Assembly: GCA_020850945.1 (NCBI GenBank)
Contig: JADZDR010000091.1
Span: 35,565 to 99,564 of the forward strand
DNA: 64,000 nucleotides
Direction of reading: 5' to 3'
Source of the DNA: Acidimicrobiia bacterium
GTDB taxonomy: Bacteria; Actinomycetota; Acidimicrobiia; UBA2766
Shown here: positions 41,155 to 49,901 of the stretch, piece after piece
Numbering within the stretch: position 1 is the first letter of the stretch
Layout: each line of letters begins with the position of its first letter
Program-made: the position numbers and the translations under genes
The notes under the pieces: generated by a model
What the model was told of the DNA's origin: nothing
Database searches by the model: none
What the model saw: only the letters and a program-made list of their open reading frames with translations

Positions 41155-42555
41155 GTGGGGCAGATCGTGCATGCGAACCCGAGACCGAGGCGGACACGGC
41201 TCGCCGCGACGAACCTCCTCGTAGTACTCCTCTTCGCTGCCGGATGTGCACCCGGGAGCGGCGGCAAGGTCGTGGACGTCGAGAAGGTGGGCGAGCCCGA
41301 GTCGACGCGCACAGTGACTGCTGACGGCACTCTCGAAGCGTCACGCACGGCAGACATCCAGGCCGAAGCAGGCGGACGTGTCGTCTCGGTGGACGTCCTC
41401 GACGGCCAGACCGTGTCGGCCGGCCAAGCCATCGTCCGTCTCGACGCGTCGGGACTCGAAGCCCAACTCGAGGCCCTCGAATCCGACGGTGGCGGCGGAG
41501 GAGGAGGCGGTTCCTCCGGAGCGCCGACGGACACCGCCGACCTCGAGAAGGCCTTCGAGGCGATCAACGGCATCGCGGCGCAGCGCACGGCGAACCTCGT
41601 GCAGCAGATCGCCCTCCTCGATCCGTCCGTGCTCTCCCTCCCCAACCCGACAGAGCAGGTCGCGAGCTGCACACTCGGCCCCGCGTTCGACCCCACGACC
41701 TGCGCCGCGGTCCTTCCCCTCCAACAGGACATCCTCGCCATCCAGCAGGGGGCGGCGGAGTACCAGACGCAGGTCTCGACCGACTTCCAGGGGTCGCTGC
41801 TCGCGGCGGCGGCGAACTTCGCCCTCGCCTCGGCGCTGGGCAGTGCCGGGGGCGGCAGCGGGCAGCTCGACGCCCAGGAGGCGGGTCTGCGCACGCAGAT
41901 CGACGCGATGGTGTTGACGTCGCCCATAGCCGGTGCCGTCGCCCTCGACGCTCCCTCCGGCGGCGGTGGTGCCCAGATCGCCGCTCTCGGCGGCAGTGCA
42001 GGCTCTTCGGCGACGCTGCAGACCGGGACGCTCGTGTCGCCGGGTGCCAAGGTGGCGACGGTCTACGACACCGCTTCCCTGCGGGTCGAGGCAGACGTCG
42101 ACGAAGCCGACGTCCCACTCGTGAAGGCCGGCCAGACCGCATCCGTCACGATCGACGCCTACCCGGGACAGGAGCTGCAGGGACGTGTCTCGACCGTCGC
42201 CCTGAACCCTGCGACGGGCGAGTCGGGCGGGGTCTCCTACCAGGTGAACGTGGACGTCCCGGCCGACGAGCTCCCGGGCTGGCGGCCCGGCATGACCGCG
42301 ACCGTCGACATCGAGGTCGAACAGCCCACACCCGGTATCGAACTGCCCGCGTCCGCCGTCGTCACACGGGAGGGCAAGGACTACGTCTTCGTCCTCGACG
42401 GTGACACGGCCACGCGGACCGAGGTGGCCAAGGTGCAGGGCGGCGACGGGTTCGTCGTCGTCACGAGCGGGCTCGAACCCGGCGACGTCGTCGTCACGTC
42501 CGGAGCAGCCGACCTCGAGGACGGCGACAAGGTGTCGACCGAGGCACCCGAGTGA
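41155..42555 (+). CDS. HlyD/MacA-type periplasmic adaptor (membrane fusion protein) family, probable lipoprotein
   Basis: It has a signal with LLFAAGC, a lipoyl-like segment (IQAEAGGRVVSVDVLDGQTVSAGQAIVRLD), coiled-coil/low-complexity regions including a Gly8 run, and a C-terminal beta-barrel (VVTREGKDYVFVLDGD...). Confidence 0.75.
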   Translation: MGQIVHANPRPRRTRLAATNLLVVLLFAAGCAPGSGGKVVDVEKVGEPESTRTVTADGTLEASRTADIQAEAGGRVVSVDVLDGQTVSAGQAIVRLDASGLEAQLEALESDGGGGGGGGSSGAPTDTADLEKAFEAINGIAAQRTANLVQQIALLDPSVLSLPNPTEQVASCTLGPAFDPTTCAAVLPLQQDILAIQQGAAEYQTQVSTDFQGSLLAAAANFALASALGSAGGGSGQLDAQEAGLRTQIDAMVLTSPIAGAVALDAPSGGGGAQIAALGGSAGSSATLQTGTLVSPGAKVATVYDTASLRVEADVDEADVPLVKAGQTASVTIDAYPGQELQGRVSTVALNPATGESGGVSYQVNVDVPADELPGWRPGMTATVDIEVEQPTPGIELPASAVVTREGKDYVFVLDGDTATRTEVAKVQGGDGFVVVTSGLEPGDVVVTSGAADLEDGDKVSTEAPE

Positions 42556-43103
42556 CGCAGGCGACCCGCCGCGGTCCCGAGGACCACGGCTTGGTCGCGG
42601 CACGACGCTTCGTCCCTGCTCCCGTGGTCCTCGTCTGGTCCGTGTTCGTGGATTTCGACGCGTGGGGGGACTGGACCGACACGATGCGGGTGTGGTCGCA
42701 GGGGTCCGCCGGGATCGAGATCGGCTCGGAGCTCACCTTCGAGGCGGAGCTCGGAGTGTCGACGGTCCTCAACCGGGCGGTCATCCGTGATATCAGCCCG
42801 CCGCTGCGTTTCGTGTGGTCGGTGGATTCCTCGGGGCGCGGGCACGGCTTTCACTCCGAGTCGACGTGGACCTTCACACCTACGGTGCCGCGCAGCCCGG
42901 ACGGGTTCGCGCTCGGGCTCCCCGCCGGCACCCGGATCGTGAGCCTGCGCACACTGGAGGCCGACCGCGCCAGGGCTCCCCGCTCCGAGGTGCTCGCCGA
43001 CACGCGCCGGCTCGTCGATCGCCTGCTCGCGGACCTCGAGTCCGAGTGCGTGCGACGCGGTGAGACCGGGACTGTGGGCAGACTCGGGCCTGCGCTAACC
43101 TGA
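42552..43103 (+). CDS. SRPBCC (START/polyketide-cyclase-like) family protein
   Basis: The pattern RRFVPAPVVLVWSVFVDFDAWGDW is present. The GTG start overlaps the adaptor stop (GTGA). Confidence 0.7.
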   Translation: MTQATRRGPEDHGLVAARRFVPAPVVLVWSVFVDFDAWGDWTDTMRVWSQGSAGIEIGSELTFEAELGVSTVLNRAVIRDISPPLRFVWSVDSSGRGHGFHSESTWTFTPTVPRSPDGFALGLPAGTRIVSLRTLEADRARAPRSEVLADTRRLVDRLLADLESECVRRGETGTVGRLGPALT

Positions 43104-43113
43104 GGTTCCCTCC

Positions 43114-43189
43114 GGGGGTGTAGCTCAGTTGGAAGAGCGCCGCGGTCGCATCGCGGAGGCCAGGGGTTCAAATCCCCTCACCTCCACCA
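43114..43189 (+). tRNA. tRNA-Ala (anticodon CGC), CCA encoded
   Basis: Acceptor GGGGGTG pairs with CACCTCC and includes the G3:U70 alanine identity pair. The anticodon arm is CCGCG-GTCGCAT-CGCGG and the T-arm is AGGGG-TTCAAAT-CCCCT. Confidence 0.95.
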
Positions 43190-43448
43190 ACCAGTCGGGG
43201 GTAAGAGGTCGAGGTCGTCGCCTCCCCAGTCCGGCTCCAACCCAGGTCGGACCCTTCGGCGGACACCCCACCACTTGCCGGTGGCCGCGCAGTCAGCGAG
43301 GCGGAGGAGCCGGCCGAAAAACAGCGGACAGATCACGTTGGTGTCCACGACCTGCATGATCGGCCTACCGGGAACCTCGGCTCCCGGCTTCCGAGCGGCC
43401 AGCGAGAACCGTGCCCACCGCCAAGGAATGTAGGGTCACCGGGAGCCG

Positions 43449-43675
43449 ATGGCACGCACCCCTGCCTTCGCCGAACTCGCGCGCCGCATCCGACGACACC
43501 GCCCCGCGATCGAGCGCACCCTCGAATGGCGTATCTCAAACCGCCTCGTCGAATCCACCAACACAAAGATCAGGCACTCCACCGACGCACCATCGGGTTC
43601 CACCAACCCGAGTGCCTCATCTCCTTCGCCATGCTCGCCCTCGGCGGCAACTGCCCCCACGCCCACGGCAAAGTG
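43449..43675 (+). pseudogene. C-terminal fragment of an ISL3-like transposase, frameshifted and 5'-truncated
   Basis: Frame 1 reads ...RHRPAIERTLEWRISNRLVESTNTKIR, then frame 2 continues RTIGFHQPECLISFAMLALGG. Together these match the conserved ISL3-family C-terminus (G.SN..(I/V)E..N.KIK/R ... FGF.....L...) as I remember it. The roughly 350 N-terminal residues are absent. Confidence 0.65.
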
Positions 43676-43739
43676 ACTCACGAATACCCGGGCGGAGCCG
43701 AAAGAGCGCCATGCCGGTGCCACGCTCGGCGAGGACGCC

Positions 43740-45221
43740 TCAGCCGGCAGTTAGATCAGCCGACACGATCGCGGCGACGTTGAAGCCGGAGTCGACCGCC
43801 TGGTGGGTGCCGCAGCCGTGCCCGCCGGCGTCGCAGCCGACGAAGTAGAGGCCGGCCACGGGGCTGCGCACATCGGGCTTCGTGGCGCCACACTGGCCGA
43901 TCACCTGGGCGAGGCCGATGCACTCGCCGCCCTGGCCGGCCAGGACGCTGTCGCGCGAGACGTTGGCAGCGTGCAAGGCCGTGTACGCCTGGCGCCGTTC
44001 GATGTGGCCCTCCATCTCGGGGAAGCTGCGCAGCATCTCGCGATCGACGAGATCGACGGCGACCTGGTTCATCGGCGAGTGGGGATCCGCCGAGCAGAGC
44101 GTGCCCGCCATGACGAGCTGGCGACCCTCCGGCGCGAGGCCCGGGTCGTAGAGCGACGGGACCGAGAAGAACAGGAGCGGATGCTCGGGCCAACTCCCGG
44201 CCTCGGCCCGGCGATATGCATCCGTGTCCCACCACGAGTCCGCCGCGAACTGGATGACCATCGGCGCTTCGAACACCGTGTCGTCGAGCCAGTAGCGCAT
44301 CCCCACGAACGAGAGGGAGGGCTCGAGTGCCTTGACGGCCTCGACGTAGTCGAACGGGAACACGGAGGTGTCGGCGAGCTTGAGGACGGTCGGCTGGATG
44401 CCTGCATTCGACACGACGGCCCTGCCCCGGAAGGTCTCTCCCGAACCAGTGCGCACACCGACGGCACGGCCCCCTTCGACCAGCACCTCCTCGACACGTG
44501 TGTTCGAGAGGTAGGCGCCTCCGTGGGCGACGACGGTCTCCACGGCCTGCTCGGCGAGGCGCCCGTATCCGCCGCGCCCGTAGCGGCCCCCACCGCCTTC
44601 GACCATCTCCTTGAAGGTGTAGATCGCCTCCGACATCGGGACCCTGTCGAGCGGCGCCGCGAAGGCGATACCGAGCGAGACGAACAGGTACGCCTCGAGC
44701 GGAGGTGCGAGGCCGAACTTGCGCGTCCACGTCACGAGGTCGAGGTCGTCGAGGGAGGGGTCCGCCGCCGGATCCGTCTCGACGATGGCTGCGACCATGT
44801 CGAGGAGGGGACCCATGTCCGCTTCGCTCGCGCCGAGCGCGGCCGGCAGGGCGGCCGAGACCTCCGGGTTCACCGACGGGCGGGCCGTGAAGGGGGCCAC
44901 CGACACCGAGCCGTTCTCGTGCACGAACCTGTACTCACCGGCGAAGTCCGGTTGGATGAGGACATCGTCGGGGTCGAGGCCGATCGCCGCCGCGAGCTCG
45001 TGGAATCGTGACCCCTCCGACGGTCCCCCCGCGATCGGCCAGAGCTCGTAGCCGAACCCGCCCCTGTGAACGGTCATCGCCTTGCCGCCGGCCGCGGGGT
45101 TCTTGTCCACGACGAGGACCTTCTTCCCCGCGAGCGCGAGGAGCGCGGCACACGTCACACCCCCGTAGCCGGCCCCGATCAATATCGCGTCGTACACAAG
45201 TCCCTCCCTCGGTTGGCCCAA
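43740..45221 (-). CDS. FAD-dependent oxidoreductase, phytoene desaturase (CrtI-like) family
   Basis: It has YDAILIGAGYGGVTCAALLALAGKKVLVVDKNPAAGG (a dinucleotide-binding motif) and a C-terminal LYFVGCDAGGHG. Confidence 0.8.
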   Translation of the reverse strand: MGQPREGLVYDAILIGAGYGGVTCAALLALAGKKVLVVDKNPAAGGKAMTVHRGGFGYELWPIAGGPSEGSRFHELAAAIGLDPDDVLIQPDFAGEYRFVHENGSVSVAPFTARPSVNPEVSAALPAALGASEADMGPLLDMVAAIVETDPAADPSLDDLDLVTWTRKFGLAPPLEAYLFVSLGIAFAAPLDRVPMSEAIYTFKEMVEGGGGRYGRGGYGRLAEQAVETVVAHGGAYLSNTRVEEVLVEGGRAVGVRTGSGETFRGRAVVSNAGIQPTVLKLADTSVFPFDYVEAVKALEPSLSFVGMRYWLDDTVFEAPMVIQFAADSWWDTDAYRRAEAGSWPEHPLLFFSVPSLYDPGLAPEGRQLVMAGTLCSADPHSPMNQVAVDLVDREMLRSFPEMEGHIERRQAYTALHAANVSRDSVLAGQGGECIGLAQVIGQCGATKPDVRSPVAGLYFVGCDAGGHGCGTHQAVDSGFNVAAIVSADLTAG

Positions 45222-45304
45222 GTCGGCCCGGCTACCCCACTTCCAACGCTACCGAGCCGCGCCGGACGAGAACAGCCGGCAGGAGGCAGGAAGACCGGCC
45301 GCCC

Positions 45305-45712
45305 TCAGTCCTCCCAATGCGCGCTGAGGCCGTAGATGACGAGGACGTCGAGGACTATCGCCATCAGCGCGAAGAGTGGGAAGAGGGGGAAGACGAGGAA
45401 CCAGAAGACGGCGCCGATCCCGGCGACGCCGACGCCGACCCAACGGGTCAGGTCGGAACCCTGGATGAGTCCGAAGCCGACGAGGATCTGGGCGGCGCCC
45501 CAGAGGATCGCGATCCAGCCCCAGGAGGTGAGGGTGCCGAAGATGAAGCCGCCCTCTTCGAAGTACTCGCGGTCGAGGAGGGCGCCGATCCCCCATATGA
45601 CGTTCGCGACTCCGACTACGAAGAACAGGACGAGCACGAAGGTTATCCAGCTCGACTCACCTGCGCGGGCTGTCGCCCTCTCTGATGTAGAGCCTGACTC
45701 GGTGTCTGCCAT
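45305..45712 (-). CDS. hypothetical integral membrane protein (about 4 TM helices)
   Basis: It has hydrophobic segments (WITFVLVLFFVVGVANVIWGIG, WGWIAILWGAAQILVGFGLI and others). I cannot name a family confidently. Confidence 0.6.
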   Translation of the reverse strand: MADTESGSTSERATARAGESSWITFVLVLFFVVGVANVIWGIGALLDREYFEEGGFIFGTLTSWGWIAILWGAAQILVGFGLIQGSDLTRWVGVGVAGIGAVFWFLVFPLFPLFALMAIVLDVLVIYGLSAHWED

Positions 45713-45864
45713 GATCTCACCTCTCGGATCGTTCCGCCCGCCCGCCCCGGGGCCTGCGTCGGGACAAGTCTGGTCCGCGGGCGGGCACGCACGGTGGATT
45801 TCGGGCTCCGGGCCGGTCGTCCTAGGTTTGTCCTCGAGTGCGCATCGCGGAGGACAGGGAGGAC

Positions 45865-47670
45865 ATGCGCCGGTCCGGGCGGGGAGCCGCTGCCTCGATC
45901 CTGCTCGCGCTCCTCGTGAGCGCGGCGAGCCTCACGACACCACCCGCGCCCGCGCAGGTGGCGACACCGGCGGAGAACCTGCCTGCCCCCGGCTGGGTGC
46001 ACGTCGAACACCCCGCGACGGGCCGGCCCTACCTCGCCGACGAGGGGGGACGCGAGGTCGTCATGCGGGGAACGAATGCCACGGGGATCTACGAGAACCA
46101 GGACGACGTGTGGCTCGATCCGGACGTCCCTGACCGCCCCACGCAACCCGCCGACTACGACGGCGCCTGCCCCGACAACGTCGGCTCGTGGTCGAACCCG
46201 CCGCTCTGCCAGGTCGACGCCGGTCACGGCACGTGGGTGTCGGCCGGCGACGACTCCCGCAACGATCTCTCCCAGATGCGCGCCCTCGGCTTCGACGTCG
46301 TCCGCCTCTGCGTGTCGTGGTCCCTCGTCGAACCGGACCCGGGCGCGTACGACCCTGTGTACGTGGAACGGATCGCCCAGGTCGTCGACTGGGCACGTGA
46401 GCAGGGCATACATGTCCTCGTCGACTTCCACCAGGACCAGTACGGCGACGTCCCACGGACTCCCACGCTCGACCTCCCGCCCCTGTTCGTGCCGCCGAGC
46501 GGGCAGAACGACGGGGCACCGCGCTGGGCTGTCATGACGGACGGCCTGCCCAGCATCGCCGTCTTCGGCCAGAACGTCCTGAACCCGGCGGTGTTCCGGG
46601 CGTTCGACCACTTCTGGCGCAACGACGTCCCACCCGTTCCCCAGGGGGACGCGCCAGGCCCCGGCCTCCAGGACCACTTCATCGGCGCGTTCGCGCGTGT
46701 CGTCGCCCGCCTGCAGGACGACCCCGCGGTCATGGGCTTCGAGATCATGAACGAGCCCCAGCCCGGCTCGTACAGCGCGAGTCGCTTCAACAGCGTGGCT
46801 CTCTACCCGTTCTACCGGCGTGTCGTCGAGGCCGTGACGGGTGTGCGGGACGGGCTCCCCGACTGTCCGGCCGAGAAGCCCACCGGAGACGACTGCGCCT
46901 ATCCGGATCTGGGCATCCGCGACACCCGGCACGTGATCGCCTTCGAACCCAACGCCTTCCGCAACGTCGTCGACTTCGCGCCGGGGACCCACCGTCCCTT
47001 CAGCGAGTACCCGAACCTGCTCTACGCCCCGCACGTGTACAGCTACATCTTCACGATCCCGTCCGTGCTCGGAGCGTCGCTCGAGGACGCGTGGTGGCCA
47101 CCGGGATACGCGTTCGCATACGTGACGGCCGACCGCGAGGCACGCGCCCTCGACGCCGCCCTCTTCATCGGCGAGTTCGGCGGCACTCAACACGACAACG
47201 CCACGAAGTTCGAGGGCACGATCGCGCAGCAGGAACGGTACGCGGTGGGTGGCACGCTGTGGGACTGGAAGGTCAACTGCCGGAACCCCGCCGGTTGCGA
47301 CGAGGAGGAGGCGTGGACCGTGTACCGGAGCGGGGGGCCTGGTGCGCATCCACCCCAGAACGGACCGCTCCAGCCGGAGAGGGTCAGGCACGTCGCCCGC
47401 GTCGTGCCCCGCGCGACCTCGGGACGCCTCCGCTCCTACCGCTACGACCCCTGGACCGAGGACTTCCGCATGCAGGCCACCGCCGCCGGCGCTGTCACGC
47501 CGGGGGACCGGGATCTCGAGACGGTCGTCTACATCCCGAGCCCGGTCGAGGGGGCGGTCACGGCCGGAGGTGACGCCGAGGTGACCGCCGTGGTCACGAA
47601 TCCGGATGGAAGTCGCCTCGCCTACGTGGCGCCCACAGGTGCCGGCAACTACACCGTCTCCGTCGACTGA
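45865..47670 (+). CDS. secreted glycoside hydrolase family 5 (cellulase/endoglycoceramidase-like)
   Basis: It has a signal peptide (MRRSGRGAAASILLALLVSAASL) and GH5 motifs (GFDVVRLCVSWSLVEP, VLVDFHQDQY, EIMNEPQPG). The start could be 45838 or 45865. Confidence 0.8.
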   Translation: MRRSGRGAAASILLALLVSAASLTTPPAPAQVATPAENLPAPGWVHVEHPATGRPYLADEGGREVVMRGTNATGIYENQDDVWLDPDVPDRPTQPADYDGACPDNVGSWSNPPLCQVDAGHGTWVSAGDDSRNDLSQMRALGFDVVRLCVSWSLVEPDPGAYDPVYVERIAQVVDWAREQGIHVLVDFHQDQYGDVPRTPTLDLPPLFVPPSGQNDGAPRWAVMTDGLPSIAVFGQNVLNPAVFRAFDHFWRNDVPPVPQGDAPGPGLQDHFIGAFARVVARLQDDPAVMGFEIMNEPQPGSYSASRFNSVALYPFYRRVVEAVTGVRDGLPDCPAEKPTGDDCAYPDLGIRDTRHVIAFEPNAFRNVVDFAPGTHRPFSEYPNLLYAPHVYSYIFTIPSVLGASLEDAWWPPGYAFAYVTADREARALDAALFIGEFGGTQHDNATKFEGTIAQQERYAVGGTLWDWKVNCRNPAGCDEEEAWTVYRSGGPGAHPPQNGPLQPERVRHVARVVPRATSGRLRSYRYDPWTEDFRMQATAAGAVTPGDRDLETVVYIPSPVEGAVTAGGDAEVTAVVTNPDGSRLAYVAPTGAGNYTVSVD

Positions 47671-47687
47671 TGTGGGGGAAGGGCAAT

Positions 47688-47798
47688 CACGTGGGCGTAT
47701 ACACCCACAAATATCGTGGTTGAGTACGCCCACGTAAGTGGGAACAACCACGTGGGCGTACACACCCACAAATATCGTGGTTGAGTACGCCCACGTAA
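47688..47798. repeat. two direct copies (47688-47737 and 47749-47798, period 61 bp, 1 mismatch) of a 50-bp element that is itself an imperfect hairpin
   Basis: The unit is CACGTGGGCGTA(T/C)ACACCCACAAATATCGTGGTTGAGTACGCCCACGTAA. The arms ACGTGGGCGTA / TACGCCCACGT plus inner CCAC / GTGG flank a 7-nt AT-rich loop. The element fills the gap between the convergent GH5 and DUF1275 genes. Confidence 0.95.
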
Positions 47799-47799
47799 C

Positions 47800-48465
47800 T
47801 CAGGGTCCTTTCGTGAGGAAGGACAGGGCGGCAAGCACGACGGAGGCGAGGACGAGATCGCCGATCCCGAATGCCCTGACGGCGAGGGTCCCGATCACGC
47901 CCCCCACCACGAAGCTGAGCCAGATGCCGCCGACGGACTCGAGTCCCTGGCGCGCCGTGGGATCACGCCGGATCCACGCCGCCATCCGAGCCGCGGCCTG
48001 CGCGAGCATCCCGGAGATGAACGTCGTGTTGACCGAGAGTCCCGCAGCCTTGCGCACCGCCGACGACTGCGAGCCCATCGCGGTCGCGGCGAGCCCGCCG
48101 AGGACGATCCGTCCCAGGCCGTCGACCGTGATCTCACCGTCGGTTGCCGCCACCACACCCGCTGCCGCGACCACGAGCAGAACTCCCGCCTCCGCCAGCA
48201 GGAGAGAACGCAGCGCATGCGGATGGGCCGCGAGCCAGAGCTCGCCCGCGACCGCGCCGACGACGAAGCCACAGACGACTATCACGAATGGGAGGGCCTC
48301 CACCCACGCACCCCGGCCGAGCTCGACGGCAAGGCGTGTCGACGTCCCGCTCATGTGTGAGACGAAGACCCCGAGGAGGGCGACGAACGCACTCGCGTCG
48401 CAGTAGCCGGCGACAGCGGCGAGCATGAAGCCGAGCCACGGCGGGCTTCGGGGCGTGGGCTGCAC
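47800..48465 (-). CDS. YoaK/DUF1275 family membrane protein
   Basis: It has the LAAVAGYCDASAFVALLGVFVSHMSG motif and a multi-TM profile. Confidence 0.8.
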   Translation of the reverse strand: MQPTPRSPPWLGFMLAAVAGYCDASAFVALLGVFVSHMSGTSTRLAVELGRGAWVEALPFVIVVCGFVVGAVAGELWLAAHPHALRSLLLAEAGVLLVVAAAGVVAATDGEITVDGLGRIVLGGLAATAMGSQSSAVRKAAGLSVNTTFISGMLAQAAARMAAWIRRDPTARQGLESVGGIWLSFVVGGVIGTLAVRAFGIGDLVLASVVLAALSFLTKGP

Positions 48466-48524
48466 GAGGAGAAGCTAGAAGGGCGCCCCGCGCACGCTGG
48501 GGATGGGACGTCGCGAAGAGCCGC

Positions 48525-49868
48525 TCAGGTCGTGGCAAGGAGAGCGGCTGTGTCGGGACTGTCCGTGCACATGAGAAGCGTCACACGGCCCCCGCCCGTC
48601 GCCCGGCAGCGGCGGCCGTCCTCGAACGCGACGAAGCCCGACGGCTCGGCCGTGCCCTGCACCTCGAGGGCGTCCTCGAGGGCCCCGAGGAACTCCTCGC
48701 CGGCCGCGTCGCTGTCCCAGGTCGTGGCGAGCGCGAGAAGTGACGTGGGCCCCGACGTCCAGATCTGGAGGCGGTCACCGCGCCACCCGTCGACGTCGGT
48801 GAGCTCGCGCTCGGGAACCGTCCCCGCGAAACCGGCGAGGACGTTGGCGGTACTGAACTCCCCCCAGGTGCCGTCGAACGTCCTGGTCCAGGCCGCGCCC
48901 AGGACAGGCGCGAGGTCCGGCAGCGCCGTCGGCTCGGGCTCGAAGCCCTTCTGCCACAGCTCCGGGTGGAGGATCTCGGCGGAGGTCGACGGGAGACGTT
49001 CGTACACATCCTGCAAGGGTGGCGCCCCTGCCGGGAGGAGGTGCCGCACGAAGGTGGGGCCGGATCGGTAGGGCATGAGGAGGTCGTAGAGCAGGGGGCC
49101 GAGGTCGATCGACCCGGCAGCGTCCGCTCCGAGAGCGAGCTCCTCCTCGCTTGCGGCGAGACGCTTGGCCTCCGAGAAATACCGCTGGGAGAACTCGGTC
49201 TCGTAGTGCAGGGCATCACCTTCGACCACGGCGGTCATGGCTCCCCCCGCGTCGAGATCGTCCTTGGGGATCGCGTCCCCTTTCTTCTCGAGGTCGTAGG
49301 CGGCGTCCTGGAGGGCGTGCACCCACTCGTGCGCGACAGTCCGCTGCGCCAGAGGTGTCACGGTGCCATCTTCGGTGACGATGTAGAGCTGGTCCGTGTT
49401 CGGCAGGTAGAAGCCGAGGATGAGGCCGGCCGTGAGCTCCTTCGCCGCGTCGTAGAGGCTCGTCCCCGGCTCGATCCAGCCGAGGAGCCGCGCGATCGGC
49501 TCCACGCGCTCTATCTCTGCCCTGTCCTCGGGCTCTTCCCCGGAAGCGAGAATCCCCGGCGCCTCGGCCCGCGTGATGAAGGTCGGTGCGATCGGGGGGG
49601 CAGTGAGGCAGCGCAGGGCAGACACGGCCGTGAGGATGGGGTCGATCGCATCCGGGGTTGCCGGCACATCCATCGCCTCCGGATCCGGGCCCGGCACCGG
49701 TGCAGGCGGGCACGAGACGGTCTCGGGACCGGGGGACGTCGTCGTCGAGGACGAGGTCCCCACCTCGCCGCGCTCCACGTCCCCGGACACGGCGAGGACG
49801 TCAGGCTTGGCGCACGCAGATGTGAGGACGAGGAGGCAGAGGAGAAGCGCTGTGCAGACTCGGTGCAT
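48525..49868 (-). CDS. putative secreted lipoprotein with an HExxH zinc-metallopeptidase motif
   Basis: The signal MHRVCTALLLCLLVLTSAC contains a lipobox, and there is an HEWVH motif (TVAHEWVHALQD). The family was not identified. Confidence 0.6.
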   Translation of the reverse strand: MHRVCTALLLCLLVLTSACAKPDVLAVSGDVERGEVGTSSSTTTSPGPETVSCPPAPVPGPDPEAMDVPATPDAIDPILTAVSALRCLTAPPIAPTFITRAEAPGILASGEEPEDRAEIERVEPIARLLGWIEPGTSLYDAAKELTAGLILGFYLPNTDQLYIVTEDGTVTPLAQRTVAHEWVHALQDAAYDLEKKGDAIPKDDLDAGGAMTAVVEGDALHYETEFSQRYFSEAKRLAASEEELALGADAAGSIDLGPLLYDLLMPYRSGPTFVRHLLPAGAPPLQDVYERLPSTSAEILHPELWQKGFEPEPTALPDLAPVLGAAWTRTFDGTWGEFSTANVLAGFAGTVPERELTDVDGWRGDRLQIWTSGPTSLLALATTWDSDAAGEEFLGALEDALEVQGTAEPSGFVAFEDGRRCRATGGGRVTLLMCTDSPDTAALLATT

Positions 49869-49901
49869 GCAGGGGATCCGAACGATCGGGCTTGCCCCAC
49901 C

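Noticed and set aside
43178-43357. 57-codon minus-strand ORF starting MQVVDTNVI, reminiscent of a PIN/VapC N-terminus
   Set aside because: Only the first 9 or so residues look PIN-like, the rest is Arg/Trp/Gly junk, and the ORF runs into the tRNA-Ala gene. At best it is an unrecognisable remnant.
47688-47798. Possible CRISPR array
   Set aside because: There are only two repeat copies, the 11-bp 'spacer' is far too short and no cas genes are present. I treated it as a duplicated hairpin element instead.
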